A stretch of 59,942 nucleotides of DNA from Vicugna vicugna (GCA_013265495.1 MU058241.1:620001-679942), one strand, 5' to 3'; counted from the stretch's first letter, positions 1-14,472 are shown. Notes: generated by a model from the sequence alone, not told the origin. Numbers and translations are program-made.

Positions 1-1157
1 AGTTGGACTGACGGAATGTCAGTATTTTCAGTTTTAAAGAATATCATCAAAGTCGTTCACTTTGCCACATGAGCCCAGTAAATGTTGCCACCATTACCTG
101 CTATAATATTTTGAAGGTCAAATTAAATGGCCATTTTATTTTTCCATATAGTAACTTCTCCAAGACGAGAATTTCTAAAAATGTTTACCTCAAGTGGGTC
201 CCAACATTTCAGCACCTAAAATATCCACATCCTTATTGAGTAGTTTTAAGAAGGAAAAAATTTGACATTTTAGGCTTCAGTAATTGTGTTAATGCACGCA
301 GAGTACCAAAAAGCACTGCTTCCTCTCACCACGGACTTGGAACCAAGGGTGAAGGCCCCTCCTGGGCGGGTACCGTCTCCCCACACCCCCGACCTGAGGC
401 CTCGTTCTGACTTCCAGTCCTCCCCGCCTCAGGCTCTTAGGTTTGTTCTGTAACCTGAGTTTTCCAGGTACTGTAATACAAATTTTTAGTCTTGAAAGAA
501 TTCCTCTTCTGTGATGAAGGCAATACACACTTCCTCAAAAACACACAGAGAATGGAAATGAGGAGGAAAGTGACACCCATGGTTCCACGACTCAAACCTG
601 AACATTGGGCGGCATTTGCTTCCCGTGATTTTTCTGGGAATAGGAACCAGTGGAACCTTGTTCTGGTGGTTCAGGTGCCGTGGGTCAGGGACCAGCAGCT
701 CACATCGCCAGCACAGCTCATCCAGAGCCAGCTGTGGGAGCCACCAGCTCCCTGTTTCCTGCAGCATGTATTCATTTGCATTTTTTTTAATTAAGGAAGA
801 GCTTTATCTTCAAATTTGTGTTTGTATTGTCAGTGTGGACTCATGAATTTGTACTTCCTTTGTCAAGGAAAATCAGAGCCGGACGGTTGCAGAAGGGCAG
901 GTTGGGGGCTGGATGTGCTGTTTCTCTGGTCTCCTCTCTGAGGCAGCGAAGCTGAGTTGGGGATGGCCCATCGTGTCTGACACTGGGCAGTCCCTCGCCA
1001 TCAGGGACACGGGACCCCCCCGGGCAGCACACCAGTGCTGGCTTTTTACTGTTTGATTAAAGTGGCCGTCACTCTTGGCTAGTGCCGGATATTGGACTGT
1101 GGTTGGAGCCAATCCCTTATAAAAATCAAACAAGCAGTAGAATTCCAAAAAGTCTCC

Positions 1158-1498
1158 TGTTCTGGGCTGAATCATGTCTCCTTGGGACTTTATCCGGGAA
1201 TGTGGTTTTTAAAGAGGAAATTGAGGTGAAAGGAAGTGAGTAGTGTGGGTCCTAATCCAACAGGATAGGTGTCCTTTTTGGTAGAGATTAGGACACAGAC
1301 GTGCAGGAGGGACGACCACGTGAGGACACAGGGAGGAGACGGCTGTCTACACAAGGGCAGAGACCTTGGGAGAAACCAGCTGTGTAGACACCCTGATCTC
1401 AAACTTCCAGCCCCCAGGACTGGGAGACAATAGGTTTCTGTGGTTTAGCCGCCCCCAGGGTGTGGGAGGTATTAGGACAGCCCTAGCAAACCAATGCA
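1158..1498 (+). mobile_element. MaLR solo LTR (MLT1A/B-like)
   Basis: TG...CA ends, with MLT1 hallmarks: cctaatccaa, gtgaggacacaggga, ctgatctcaaacttccagcc, and a cagccctagcaaac terminus. Confidence 0.8.
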
Positions 1499-2712
1499 TC
1501 TTACAGCTTCTCACCTGGCTCGTGTGTCTACTTCTCTAACCTACGGCGTACTATTTAAAACTCTTTTCACAGGCACTATGGTATTTCTCTTGTCTCCTCT
1601 GCCTCCTCTTCAGCCTCCTGGCCTCTCCTGGTGTGGATCACTCTCGGGGCCACTGAAGTTCTCTTTCTTTTGATAAAGGTAGAGTGAGGACTGACTGACT
1701 GTGAGATACTCTCCCCTCTTCTAGGGCACACCTGCATCTGAAGCGCGAGGCACAGTTTGTGTCCTCAGCAGGACTAATACAGTGTGGGTTAAGGTATCTG
1801 TATCTCATTGTTTTCTGCAGCGTTCTGGTGCATGCCTTTTACCTGAGCAACGGGAGCAGAAGAGGGGTGTACATCCGAGGGGTGTACCCAGAGGGTGCTC
1901 GCGGGAACCTGGGTAGGAAAGCTTAGCCGCCTGTGTGGGGGAGCGGTCCAGGAGATGGAGGGATCTGAAGGCTGTTCCAAAGGTCTAGGGCACTGAAATT
2001 CGGGCAGCTGGGTGAACAGGGCATGGCAGAGTCATTGTGAAGGGTAACCAGGGAGAATGAGTGCTGTCAGTGTCAGTGGGCAGGACTTGGAAGTGTAGTC
2101 TTGTCCCCATTATGTTGATGAGAACACTGAGGCAGGGAACGGCTACATGACTTGCCAAGTTCCTGTGGCGTTTCACAGCAAGGCATCGTACTGCTACTCA
2201 GCGTGTGTTCTTGACCAGCACTGCTGGACCCCGAATAGACCGGGGACAGGACCAGCCTTGCTGGAACATAAGGAGGGATTTTCTCCCAACTTGACGCCTT
2301 TGCAGAGACGCAACTGGTATTTTCCTCACCTCGACTGGTATCTACCAAGTGCTGCTCTTGGCAAGGTGTGTGCTGACGTCTCCGATAGCAGGGCTGGCTG
2401 TTGATTCTAAGATCCTGGGAATCAAAGGGGCTGTTTCACAGTTCCGCTTGCTCCACCGATGTCGGGGGATTGGGCTGAGTGACATCCCATCAGATAAAGC
2501 CACCCTCTCTGCTTCACCCTGTCTGTGGACTTCCTATGGGAGATAAACGTGCCTTGTAGCCGCCAGAGCCCTGTTTTGCGTCCTTTATGAGATAAAGGAA
2601 AACAATTTTGAGGGCTCAGGTTCTTTCCAGAGGTCAGAATTCTGCTGACAATTTCAGTTCATTTTATTTTTGTTTTTATGTTTTTGATTATCACTAACTT
2701 AGCTGTAAGGGT

Positions 2713-3155
2713 TGTTTTTTGTATTTATTTTTATTGAAGCATAGTCAGTTACAGTGTGTCAATTTCTGGTGTACAGCACAATGTCCCAGTCATGCATATA
2801 CGTACATATATTCATTTTCATATTCTTTTTCATTAAAGGTTATTGTATGATACTGAATATACTCCCCTGTGCTACACAGAAGAGATTTGTTTTTATCTAT
2901 TTTCACATATAGTAGTTAATATTTGCAAATCACAAACTCCCAAATTTATCCTTTCCTAGTCCCTTCCCTCAGTAACCATAAGATTGTTTGCTATGCCTTC
3001 AAGTCTGTTTTGTAGGTGAGTTCATTAATGTCTTCTTTTTTCTCTTTTTAGATTCCACATATGAGTGATCTCATACGATATTTTTCTTTCTCTTTCTGGC
3101 TTCCTTGACTTAGAATGACAGTCTCTGGGTCCATGTACGTTGTTGCAGATAGCAC
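2713..3155 (-). mobile_element. 5'-truncated L1 3' end
   Basis: T-rich tail followed by ttattgaagcatagtcagttaca...ttagattccacatatgagtgat, a typical cetartiodactyl L1 3'UTR in reverse. Confidence 0.85.
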
Positions 3156-3159
3156 TAAG

Positions 3160-3380
3160 TTTTTAAATTTTTTTTAATTTAATTTTTTTATTGAGGTATA
3201 GTCAGTTTACAATGTGTCAGTTTCTGGTGCGCAGCATCATGTTTCAGTCATACATACACATACATAGATTCCTTTTCATATTCTTTCCCATTGTAGGTCA
3301 CTACAAGACACTGAATGTAGTTCCCTGTGCTGTACAGTAGAAACTTGTTTATCTGTCTTACATGTAGTAGTTAGTATGCT
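3160..3380 (-). mobile_element. Second short L1 3' end adjacent to the first
   Basis: Poly-T then ttattgaggtatagtcagtttacaatg...gttccctgtgctgtacagtag. Confidence 0.8.
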
Positions 3381-3458
3381 TCACATTCATACAGATTTGA
3401 GGAGCGCTGCTGTGTTCCTGGTCCCTGCTGTATTGCGGGGAGGAGTTATAAATTAGAA

Positions 3459-3755
3459 CAGGGGTTGGCGAGTTTTCTGTAAAGGGCCAGATAACAAGGA
3501 TTTGGAACTTTGTGGGAGTGGGACCGAGTGTAGACAGTATGTAAATGAATGGATGTTTGTGCTAATGAAACCTTGGTTTTGGACACTGACATTTGATTTT
3601 CATGTGATTGTCACATGCTGTGAATATCTCACTCCTCTTTTGATTTTTTTCCCCCCAACCATTTGGAAGGTAAACATTGTGGCTCTATTGTGGGCTGTCC
3701 AAAAACAGGTGTCAGGCTGGTCTGGCCTCCAGCGGCCTTAGCTTGCCAAACCCTG
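3459..3755 (+). mobile_element. hAT-Charlie MITE, MER58B-like
   Basis: Terminal inverted repeats caggggttggcga / ttgccaaaccctg, with internal tctgtaaagggccagata. Confidence 0.8.
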
Positions 3756-4735
3756 GATGACACACAGCCCCTGCTTTAAGGAGATTATTATGGGTGATTC
3801 TAGAGGGGTAAACAGATAGGTCAGTCACGTCACCGCCCACGCAGTCAGAGCTGTAGTCATGGGAGAGAGACCACACAGCAGGCCGGGGCTGCATTTTGCT
3901 CTTGGACATAAGTTAATTTTTAATGTTTAATTCTTCAGAATTTGCAACCGTTCCTACACTTGGTGAATTAAGTGGAGATTAAAAACCAAGAATCAAGGAA
4001 TGTAAAATCTTGTTTTGCTGAAAACTGTGTATTTTTTTTAAGTCCCCATCATGGTGAATTTTTAGCAAAAGATCAGAAATGTATTTTGTTGCTTTGGGGC
4101 AAGTAGAGTAAGTAGAGATAGACCTTCATCAAGACTATAGTTTATTTTTTCTTTAAAGGTGTTGTATTTCCTACCAGCTGAGCCCAGATTTCTGTTTGGG
4201 GGGCAGGGGTTTTGTATTTCATTTTTTGGAATGCTTTTTGTAAATATCCAAGCACTAGTACTCAAGTCCAGTCCCAGCAGACTGCCCTCCTTATGCAGAC
4301 CAATGGGGACAGGACACTGGGTCCAGCTTCAAAGGGGCAGGGGCTGGGAAAGGAGGTGTCAGCTCTGGCCCTGGGGCTGGGAGGCTTGGCCCTGAAAGCT
4401 GGGGCAGAGACAGGGTCTGAGGCTGACGCTGAAACGCTGAGGCATAAATTTCATCCCAGTCAGGGTCATTGCCAAGGAAAGGACTGAAACGCCCCCCTGG
4501 AAGCTACAGGCAGGTCTATTTTGGTCCCCACTGAATCCTCGGCACCTGGCCGCATGCTTGGTGCTCAGTGCAGTTCAGCTGGAAAGCAGAGACGTCACGT
4601 CTGGTCTGCAGCCCTGGGTTATGGCGGCTCATCCTCACTCGGGCTCTGAAGTTTACTGAATGCTGCTACGTGCCACAGACTGTCTGGGACTCTGGGGTGC
4701 TGATGAGAAGTCCTCATAGAGGACCTTCTGGGGCG

Positions 4736-4788
4736 GAGGACAAACAAGAAACACAAGAAACAGAAGAGGACAAACAAGAAACACAAGA
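4736..4788. repeat. 23-bp direct repeat, 30-bp period
   Basis: gaggacaaacaagaaacacaaga occurs at 4736 and 4766. Confidence 0.85.
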
Positions 4789-4792
4789 TGTG

Positions 4793-5260
4793 TATTTATT
4801 TTACTGAATTACAGTTGGCCTACAGTGTTGTGTTAACTTCTGGTGTACAACATAGTGGTTCAGTTACACATACATACAATTCCTTTTCAAATTCCTTTTC
4901 ATTATAGGGTATTAGAAGGTATTGAATATTGTTCCCTGTGGTCTAAAGTAGGACCTTGCCTATCTTTTTTTTTTGTATTTTTTTTAATTGTAGCATAGTC
5001 AGTTTACAGTGTTGTGTCAATTTCTGGTGTACATCATGTGTCAGTCATACATAGACACACATACATTCCTTTTCATTTTCTTTTTCATTATAGGTTACTA
5101 CAAGATAGTGAATACAGCTCCCTGTGCTGTACAGTATAAACTTGTTCTTTATCTATTTTATATATAGTACTTCATATCTGCAAATCTCGAACTCCTAATT
5201 TATCCTTCCACCCACCTTGTAACCCCCTGGTAACCACAAGTTTGTTTTCTGTGTCTGTGA
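4793..5260 (-). mobile_element. Two adjacent 5'-truncated L1 3' ends (about 4793-4964 and 4965-5260)
   Basis: Two T-rich tails, each followed by the same L1 3'UTR motif (tttctggtgtaca...ccctgtg). Confidence 0.8.
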
Positions 5261-5299
5261 CAAAATGTAAATTTAAATACTGTGCTTGGCGAAGAGAGC

Positions 5300-5700
5300 A
5301 AGGGAAAAACTGAAGCCAAGTAGAGGGGAAGATGCGATTTGGGGAAGGAGTGTTTATTTTGTGAAAATCCCTGCAAAAATCCTTCCGTATCTGCACACGT
5401 GAGCAGCAGTCTGGAGGAAGGGAGGGAGAGAATGTAGCTGCATGGGAAGGACTTTGAAGGTGGAGCTGCCAAAACCTGCTAATGGATTGAAATTGGGAAG
5501 TGGGAGAAAGCAAGATGTCAAGAATGACTCTGAGGATGGAGAGATGACGGCACCTCCTGGGGTGGAGACCCAGCATTCACCATCTGGACTCTTCTTTTCC
5601 ATCTGGGAGAGCATCCCTGCAACATGACATTGGGTTACGTAGACCTGCTCACACATGGCTGTAAGATGAGCTTGTTGTCTTCCCTCTCCCTCCTCAAAGT
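5300..5700 (-). mobile_element. Degenerate L2 fragment
   Basis: Purine-rich text (gaaggtggagctgccaaaacctgctaatggattgaa...gtcaagaatgactctgagg) typical of reverse L2. Confidence 0.55.
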
Positions 5701-8204
5701 CACCAAATCTAAAACACGTTCAGGGAAGAGGTGAGCACATGACAAAACTGAGTACGAAAGAAACAGATCTCCGTGTGAGTGTCGTGAATTAAATGGAACC
5801 AAGACCGGCTTAATGCAGCGGACAGAGGACGGGCTGTGCTCACACAGCTGGCCGGACCCTGCAGAACTGAGGGCAGCGACTTTGCTCCACAGAGATGCTC
5901 CCTGAAGTGAAACAAGTTATGAGAAAGGGCCGTCTGAACCCCTCCGCCTTGCTGCCAGGAACATACTCTGGAAAATGTGCCGTTATTAGAATGTGCTATT
6001 TCTGACCTTCGGAAGAACATTCTCCGTAGTCTTTGTATTGGGAGTCCCCCCAGCCCAATTCCTCGCTTTTAACCTGCGCATACCTGGACCGCGTGGACTG
6101 ACCAGGTCCTTCTTGTCCTGCTGGGTCGTGAGAAGCCGGCACCAATAGTTGAGCCTCCGGTCAGCGAGTCTTCAGGCCTCTGAAGGGTGTGATTTGGCAT
6201 CAGACTCTTGATTGATTCCACTTCATGTCCTCAATTCCTCTTGATTTTTTTCTCACTAACTTCCAGTGTAGGTCATTTTTCTGTTTTTTTATGAATATGT
6301 GTATCATTTTCAATGACTCCTAAAAACAAAAACCAAGGATGAAATGGACACCACGCTGTTGCTGGTGGCCTCCGCATTCTCTTGGGCTGCTGTCCGGAGT
6401 GCATGTGCCCCAGGGAAACCACAACCTGGGACCGGACCTTTGACCCCTTTGCTCACTAGTTATGATGTAAACTTTTGGGAAGTAACTGAGATTTCAGTGA
6501 AGGCTGAATGTCAGTTAGGCAGGAGTTTATTTCCCATAGATAAATCCGGCCACAGTCTGCCTTGTTTTCTGCAAGGCGTTTTCCGCTCTGAAGTGTTTTA
6601 TCATGTGACCTTATGGAAGCCAGTGCAGAATTCTCAATCTGGGAAATTGTTTCCTGATTTCGTATCATTTTAAATGGTTTTCAGTGCCCCCACTTTAGTG
6701 GTCCACAAATCAGAGGCCCATCCCTCAGACCAACTGCTCTCCCTCAGATAAAAACGATGAATTTGATGATACTTGGCCACCTGTTGGCTGAGAATGTGGT
6801 CCTGAAAAAGGATTTATCTTGAACGTCTCCCAAGTTATCTCCCTCTCCCCCCGCAACCCCACAGTTCTGTTCCTTGGCCAATCTCTGGCTAATTTTATGT
6901 GACATTTCCCTCCCAGTTCTTCAAGGCCTGAACATACTCTGTTGTCCTTTTCATGTCCAGGGTAGTGCTGGACGGTTCTGGGAGGCATTTGCATTGGTTT
7001 TAAGACAGAGGGCATGAGAAGGCCCTGTGCTTTGGAGCAGGGTATGTGTTCTGCGGTTTTGAGAGGTGGAGGGCCACCTCCGAGCGTGTCTGAGTCCCTC
7101 GGGTGGGCAGGGAGGGAGCCGTGTGCTGCCGGCCCCAGAGTTCCCAGGGTGTTGGGCCGGGGGCTCTGCGTCCTGGCCAGGCCATTTCTCCCCAATCATC
7201 TGTCCAGTCTGGAGACACTGTATGCTTTCTTTCAGGTGTCAGTGCGGATCAAAGCCACCCAAAGGACATTTGCATGAGAATCTGTGGAATGATTCATTAG
7301 CAATGGTCATTAGTAATTTTCCTTTTAAGGCTTTGAAATGTCTTTCATTGATAAACCAGTTCTGTTAAGCCTTGACTCCTTTTCACATGGGTTTCACCCA
7401 GTCCTCCCTCTGTGACTACAAATTGGATCCCCCACCCCCTTCCGTCTACACCTCTCCTGTTACTTGGGCTGGGCAGTGTGGTTGAAAGGACAGCCTCCCG
7501 AGGGGGACAGCCGTCAGCAGCCTGTGCCTCTGCCAGACTGTGTGTTATGGCAGGAGATCTTCCACCCTCTCTCGTGGGCTGTCTGCTTTTTGAAATTCTG
7601 ATGGCGGTTCTTTTCACCCCAATTCTAGTTCTTCTAGTTCTCTCTCAGTTCCGACAACACTGTTCTCTCTTTACAAATAGAACACAATTTTACACTGGGT
7701 GATTCTCATGGGCCTTTTCCTGATCGTCCAAGACGCCTTCGGGGATGTTCTCATAAAGGGCACAGGGAGAGTGCGGTGTCAGACAGGTCATGAGCACGTG
7801 CTGAGGCCGCCATTTAGCGCCCAGGAGACACCCTGCAGCCCTGGATCCTCTGGAGGACGTCACATGTCTCCATGAGGGGGCAGTGGTGGGTCCCCCGGGC
7901 AGCTGTCATGGGCTGCAGAGTAAACTTACCCTGACCAACCCTTTGCCAAAAATAAAGCCTGTCATCATACTAGGGAGGTGTGTGGAATGGAACCATATGT
8001 GGTTAAGAAAAATGAATGAAGATATGTTAATTTTGCAAATTTTATATGTGAACCCATTGCAAAGATGTCATCTTCCAGGGCCTTGGAGTGAGGAGCCCTG
8101 AGCTTTCAACTTGATGAGTGTCCTGGGAAATCCAGCTCAGGGCCAAGGGAAAGGGTTCAGCCACTTGCTGCCCCCAGAAGGTGTATTTTGCAGTGGCTGG
8201 TACT

Positions 8205-8880
8205 TCCTATGATCCAGCCATCCCACTGCTGGGCACCTATCCGGAGAAAACTGTGATTTGAAAAGACACATGCACCTCAATGTTCACAGCAGCACTATTT
8301 AGAATGGCCGAAACATGGAAGCAGCCGAAGTATCCATCAACAGATGACTGGATAAAGAAGTTGTGGTGTGTGTGTGTATATATATATATGTATACACACA
8401 TCATGGAATACTACTCAGCCATAAAAAGAATAAAATAATACCATTTACAGCAACATGGATGGACCTAGAAATTATCATCCTAAGTGAAGTAAGACGGACG
8501 GAGAAGGAAAAATACCAGATGATACCACTTATATGTAGAATCTAAAATATGACACAAATGAACATATTTACAAACAGAGACAACTCACAGACATAGAAAA
8601 CAAACTTCTGGTTGCCAAAGGGGAGATTGGGTAAGGGAAGGATAAATTAGGTGTCTGGGATTAGCAGATACAAGCTACTATGTATAAAACAGATAAATAA
8701 CAAGGACCTATTGTATAGCAGAGGGAACTATATTCAATATCTTGTAATAGCTTTAATGAAAAAAACCTGAGAAAGAATATATATGTATGTATATGTAGCT
8801 AAGCCACTATGCTGTACACCAGAAACTAACACAACATTGTAAATCAACTGCACTTCAATTTAAAAAAAGAGAGAAAGAAA
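8205..8880 (+). mobile_element. L1 3' end (ORF2 C-terminus plus 3'UTR), sense to ANOS1
   Basis: gatccagccatcccactgctgggc..., ORF 8363..8545 containing IIPFTATWMDLEIIILSEV, and an A-rich tail at about 8862-8880. Confidence 0.92.
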
Positions 8881-11109
8881 TGGCTGGTACTTGTGGGCGC
8901 ACCGTTTTGTGCTGTTGAAACTTGAGATGACCATTCCCGTTTGCGAGGAACTTCAAATGGTAGGACTTGGTCCCGTGCAGATGCAGGGCGCTGGGTCTGT
9001 ATTGCTGTCTTCATTCAAGGGAGGACCTCCTGCTTATGCACAGCATCCCCGAGAACAGAGGCACACATCTTGTCCTCATGTGTACAAGAGAAGAGGGTGA
9101 TGGGGCAGTGGTTAAAAAAAAAAAAAGCGAAAGGGGAGGTAGGGATGCGCTGGGAGGTCCATTCTCAAGGCTCAGGAAGATGCTGTGACTGGCAGGTGAG
9201 TGCTGGGGGCCTGGCGGGACTTGAAGAGATGTCTTCAAGTCCTGGTCTTGTCATGTTGAGGAGTTAGCCCCGTACGCCACCTCCCTGGCCATGAAGTCCT
9301 CAGCAGACAAATGGGACCCTCTAGGCTCTTCTGGCTCGCTCCTAGGATTTATGAATCCTTACGTTTGGTTTTCTCTGTCTCACGCCCTGTCCCGACGATT
9401 CCATCCACGTCTGACTTACCAGAGATGCCGGGGTAGTTTTGAATTTGTATTTCACGGGATGTCTTGGAGGTGAGGATGAGCCCGTTTTAAATACTCGGGG
9501 TGCCAGAGGAATTCAGGTGGCATTCCTGGCAGAGACACAGACGAGGGCAGTGTAGGATTTTTCTAGTGGATTTTCATGTCTTTAAACCTTTCTTATTGGG
9601 ACCGTTTTAACGGAGAGTCTGGTGATAAGGGAGATGCTGGCTTGGGACAGTGCCATTGCTTGCTTGGTTCTTTATGTTAAAGAGAGGCTGTCTAAGGGGA
9701 TATTCAGTCCTGGCTTCAGTTTTTATTGACTAAACATCTAGGGTGCAGCTGGTTGTGTATAGTGGCCCTTAAAATACCACGTGTCCATATGTCTGTAAGC
9801 GTGTATTAAAACTGGGTGTTAAAATAAATGAGCACGTGTGTTAACACTGGCTATTCAGTGATATATCTGGAAATTAAAAAGTAAATTAATAAGCAAATAA
9901 GCATATATACTATTTAGTAACTCACTGTTTAGTAACTCTGGTCCTTTTAAAGATTCATAAGAGTATTTTAAATATATTGTTACTTAATGTTAGTAGAGTA
10001 ACAAATTTCTCTGGTTCTTTAATTGTATGAAGTGATAATATACAATCAAAATACAAAGAATATAAAGTTAACATATATTAAAGAATTTTTATTCTTCAGT
10101 TTGGCTTTGGTGTAGCAAAATGATAAAAAAAATTTACCCACTTTTGAATTATTTTGCTTATTTTCGACTCCAGAATTATGGCCAGTAGTAACTTAGCTTC
10201 GATGTTTATTAGGTGCTTACTTTTAGCATTTACTTGAGCTGATGCATTTTGTTTCCTTTGTAATAAAATTATCTTCGTGTAATTATTATATTATAATATG
10301 TCACATCGGTGCACTTTAAAGGAAACATATAAATTATTTTCCGCTATGAAGATTAACCCGAGAAGCATTAATTTAATTGGCTCGTCTCACAATTGATAAC
10401 ATCACTGCAATTTCATGAACTTCACCGGGTTTCAAATGCTCTGTGGAAATGGGAAGTTTTGATGATATTTGATGCCTTCAAGTAGATGGCTGAACCGAAC
10501 AGAGCTGAGTGCTGAAATGAGATACAATCAAAATGTGTGTTTTTAAGGGGCTCCTTTGGCTCAAAAGAGCATAATGAGGAATTTCAATAATGTAACAATT
10601 CATTTTTTCCCTCTTTTCTTCATCTTCATGGAGATCCCAGGTCTTTTCTCAAGGAGGTTGAACATAGTAGCTCAATTTCCTTATTGCTTATAAGAGGGGA
10701 AGTGTCTCTAAAGTAGCTTCTAGCTGGAAACAGTCTGTTCCCTAAACATAGGGACTTTTTTACATAAATATTCCAATTGACTTCTTTACATAAATATTCC
10801 AAAAGCACCACAGAAGCATTGTACAGAGCCATGTTGATGTGTGAACATACTTTAAACCCCGGAAGTTACTTTCAAGTGTTACTTATAATTATTACTGTTT
10901 TCTTTCATCCTTTGAATTGTTACCATGAATCACTTCCAACCTATTTGTTGTAACCTCACATCAGAGTTTTAGTCTGGGTTATATTATTGAGAAGTCTGTA
11001 CTGCGGAGAGGAGGGTTCTGATTCAGGATCAGTAGGATGTGCTCTGACTGCTTCTCCCCTCAGTGGTAATGGCTTTAAGCTGATTTGTTAACATGCTCTT
11101 ACCCTCTCC

Positions 11110-11293
11110 CATTGGTTCCAACCAGGGGCCGTATTTTGAGACCTTGGGTTTTCACAGATGGAGGTGAGGGTGCTGCTGGTATTTAGTGGGTAGGGCTCAA
11201 GGGTGTTGCTAACACCCTACGACACAGCTCAGCCTCCCCCAGCAAGGATACATCCAACCCCAAATGTCCACAGTGCCAAGGCTGAGAAACCCT
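11110..11293 (-). mobile_element. MER20-like hAT MITE
   Basis: Ends in cccaaatgtccacagtgccaaggctgagaaaccctg, and contains gtgctgctggtatttagtgggtag. Confidence 0.75.
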
Positions 11294-13039
11294 GCCTTTG
11301 TCCTCAGGATAAACAGTACATCTCTTACCAGAAGTCTGCTCACGTTGCTCTCAGAGGTAGAACAGATTTTCTCAGCATACGACACATTGTGCCACGTCGG
11401 GGTGAAGCCCTCAACCTTGATCTCAGGAGTAATGCAAATGCCGTGTGACACATTCTCTTCAGATAGGATTCTGTTTTCAAGACTTTCCCTTTTTTGGGGG
11501 GGCGGGGGTAGCCGTTACTTTACTAATAATTGCAATGTACAGAAGATATAAAGCTTTTATTGCTGTCAAGTAAAGATGGAAGATGGCTGTTATGGCTTAC
11601 CTTTATGTTCATGCTGAGAAGTATGATGTCATTTCAAGTAGCCTCTCTCACAGCACTTGAATGTAGTAGCAGCAGCAGTCTCCCAAACCGCTAGACCTAC
11701 AGAATTCAGGTCTCACACGCCTGGAGGGGTCTCCCACGACTGTCCCACACTTACGGCTCTTGTCCCCGAAGTCAGCAGCTGCTCCTCTGCTCTTTACTAA
11801 CTTGGAAAGTAGAGTCTGTGATAGACGTCACTTACCACAGTGCCCTCCTTCCCCAGGTAAGGGTTCCTGTAATGCTAGAGGCCTAGGTATGGCTAAAGAT
11901 ACTCTTGCTTCTTTTGCAAAAGTGAATTATGGGGAGTTTTAAAACAGTCGATCTTTTTCCAAAATCAGAGGGGCTTCATGAGAAGTCTTCCTGTAGGAAG
12001 GCTGGCAGTTGGAAATCTCAGGCGGTTTGTGCTCTGCTGACCTCTGCCGAAAAAGCCTTTTGGGTCACCCTTCTGGGTCAGGCGGGCGTGGACATTCCTT
12101 CCACCGCTGGGCAGCTGGACATGTTGACCCCCCTCCATTGATGCGAGGTTGCACACACCTCCCAGGTACTCTTCTGCCTCAGTGCGCTTCTCCCACAAGG
12201 AACCTGGACTTGCATGTCGAGGGACTTGTACTTGAAGTTGAGTCGTATTATGGTATGAGAACGGGAGGGCCAGATTCAGTCGTGCAACATTGGATTTAAG
12301 CTTAAAATTGTGGTCACCTGTATCTCGGGGTCATACATCATTTTGCTACATTGACTGATTAGCAGAGAATCTGGTGATTACAAATTGCAGACACACCTCC
12401 TATTTTTTTTTCATGATAAAGACCTTTCCAGGATAACATATGCACTGTTAGGAATGAATAAATGAGTGCCAATTCTTGCATGGGTATGTCTAGAATTTAT
12501 CTGTTTTTCAAGAGCCCATTTCGTTTTCAAGAGGTCATTTTTTTCCAGCTGACAGACACAGAGGGAAAAAAAGTGTTTCGACTGCCCTATCAAGCAGGAG
12601 ATAACCTCATTGTTTTCATGCATCTTCTAGATTTATTGCTTGTGGGTGGTTTAAATATGCTGCCTGGAAAATAGTTATTCCAGAATTAACATGAAAGTAG
12701 AAACATTTAAAGTTATTTAGAAAAATTTCACATTTTTACATGGCCAGTGTCTTTTTCTGGACTCGGTGTGATTTGAAGTAATTGCTGTCATTGGCCCGTG
12801 GTCCTCAAGTTCAGTATGCGTGAGCATCACCTGGAGCCCACATGGACACGTCCTCTTGGGTGCTCCTTCAGACTTACTTAGTCCCCGTCTTGGTGAGGGG
12901 TGAGGAGGAGCCTAGCCCACACTCTGAAAGAGACTGGCCTCATGCTCAGCCTACCAAGTGGGAGAGACACATCTGACAATGTGGATCTCTTCACAATGGG
13001 ACAGGTAAAGATTGCTGCATTTTTAACTTCCATGACTTT

Positions 13040-13600
13040 CATTTTGAATTGTTCTTAGTATAATTATATATTGGTAAATGTATAAACATAAAAGATAGTA
13101 ACAGTATTGAGATATAATTCACGTGCTATACAGTTTACGTATTTGAACAATTCAGTGGTTTTCCGTATACTTGCAGAATTGTGTAGTCAGCCATCAGCAC
13201 AATTACAGGCGATTTTAAACACCACCCCCAGTGAAACACTGTGGGCGTGAGTAGTCACTCCCAGTTCCCTCTCATCTCCCCAGTCCTGGATAAGCCCTCA
13301 TCTGTTCTCCTTCCTGGGTAGATTGGCTCCTTCTGAACATTCCGTTTAAATGGAATCATGTATACGTAGTTTTCTGTATTTGGCGTCTCTCACTAAGCAT
13401 AATGTTTTTAAGGCTCATCTGTACTGTATGTAGCAAGTATCTCATCAGTATTCCACCCCTTTTCATCACCAAATAATATTCCACTGTGCATTTTCATTTC
13501 ATTTATTCATTCATGACTTAAGGGGCATGAGGCTTGTTTCCACTTTTTGACTACTATGAATGGTGCTGTTACCAAGATTTATGTACAAATGTTGGGTGGT
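13040..13600 (-). mobile_element. Old L1M (L1MB/MC-like) 3' fragment
   Basis: attgagatataattcac...aattcagtggtttt...aaatggaatcat...tcactaagcataatgtttttaagg...aataatattccactgtg. Confidence 0.75.
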
Positions 13601-14099
13601 ATGGATGGGATTATAAACCTCTTAGACTTAGTTTATCCTTAAAATTTTGCATTAAATTTATTGTAGAACTGTCTGTTATAATATGAGTATAAACTCTGTT
13701 TTGGCGTTGGTCCACATTGCAAATTCCGGGTGTAATAAATCTCAAGTATCTGACATGAAGACTACAACAGCCGTGTGAAACCAAAGTGGTGCCTTTCTGG
13801 AACGCTAAACACTAACCTCAAATCAGCGTGAGGGGCGATATGGTTAATACTTTTGAGGAAAGACGAGTCAGCTGCCCCCACACATCCACACCATTTATGT
13901 CGTTCTGTCAGGTGACATTCCGTGGGCACATGGACGTAACCGGGCTCTGTATTTAGTACTGGAGGTGGCATCTCTCTGGGCTTTAAGAAAGCCACAAGGT
14001 TTCCAGTCAAATAGCGTGTGTATTTGTTCGTATGTGTCCGTGTGTGTGGTTTGCTTTTCCATCTTCTGATTTTCAAGTCTTGCACTTTGTCTCTAATAT

Positions 14100-14472
14100 T
14101 CTTTTTTTAAAAAAATATTTTATTGACGTGCAGTTGATGTACAGTGTTAGTTTCAGGTGTACAGCAGAGTGATTCAATTACACATATACATGCATATATT
14201 TGCTCAGATTCTTTTCCATTATAGGTTATTACAAGGTATTGAATAGAGTTCACCATGCTGTGTAGTAGGTCCTTGTTCATCGATTTTATATATAGCCATG
14301 TGTGTCTTTTAAACCCTAACCCCTAATTTATCCCTCCCCGCCCTTTCCCCTTGGGTAACCATGGTTTGTTTTCTAAGTCCGTGAGTGAGTCTGTTTTTGG
14401 TTTGTAAATAAAATTGGTATCTTTTTTTTAAGATTCTACATATAAGTGATATCGTATGATGTTTGTCTTTAT
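14100..14472 (-). mobile_element. 5'-truncated L1 3' end
   Basis: ttttattgacgtgcagttgatgtacagtgttagtttcaggtgtacagc...agattctacatataagtgatatc. Confidence 0.85.
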
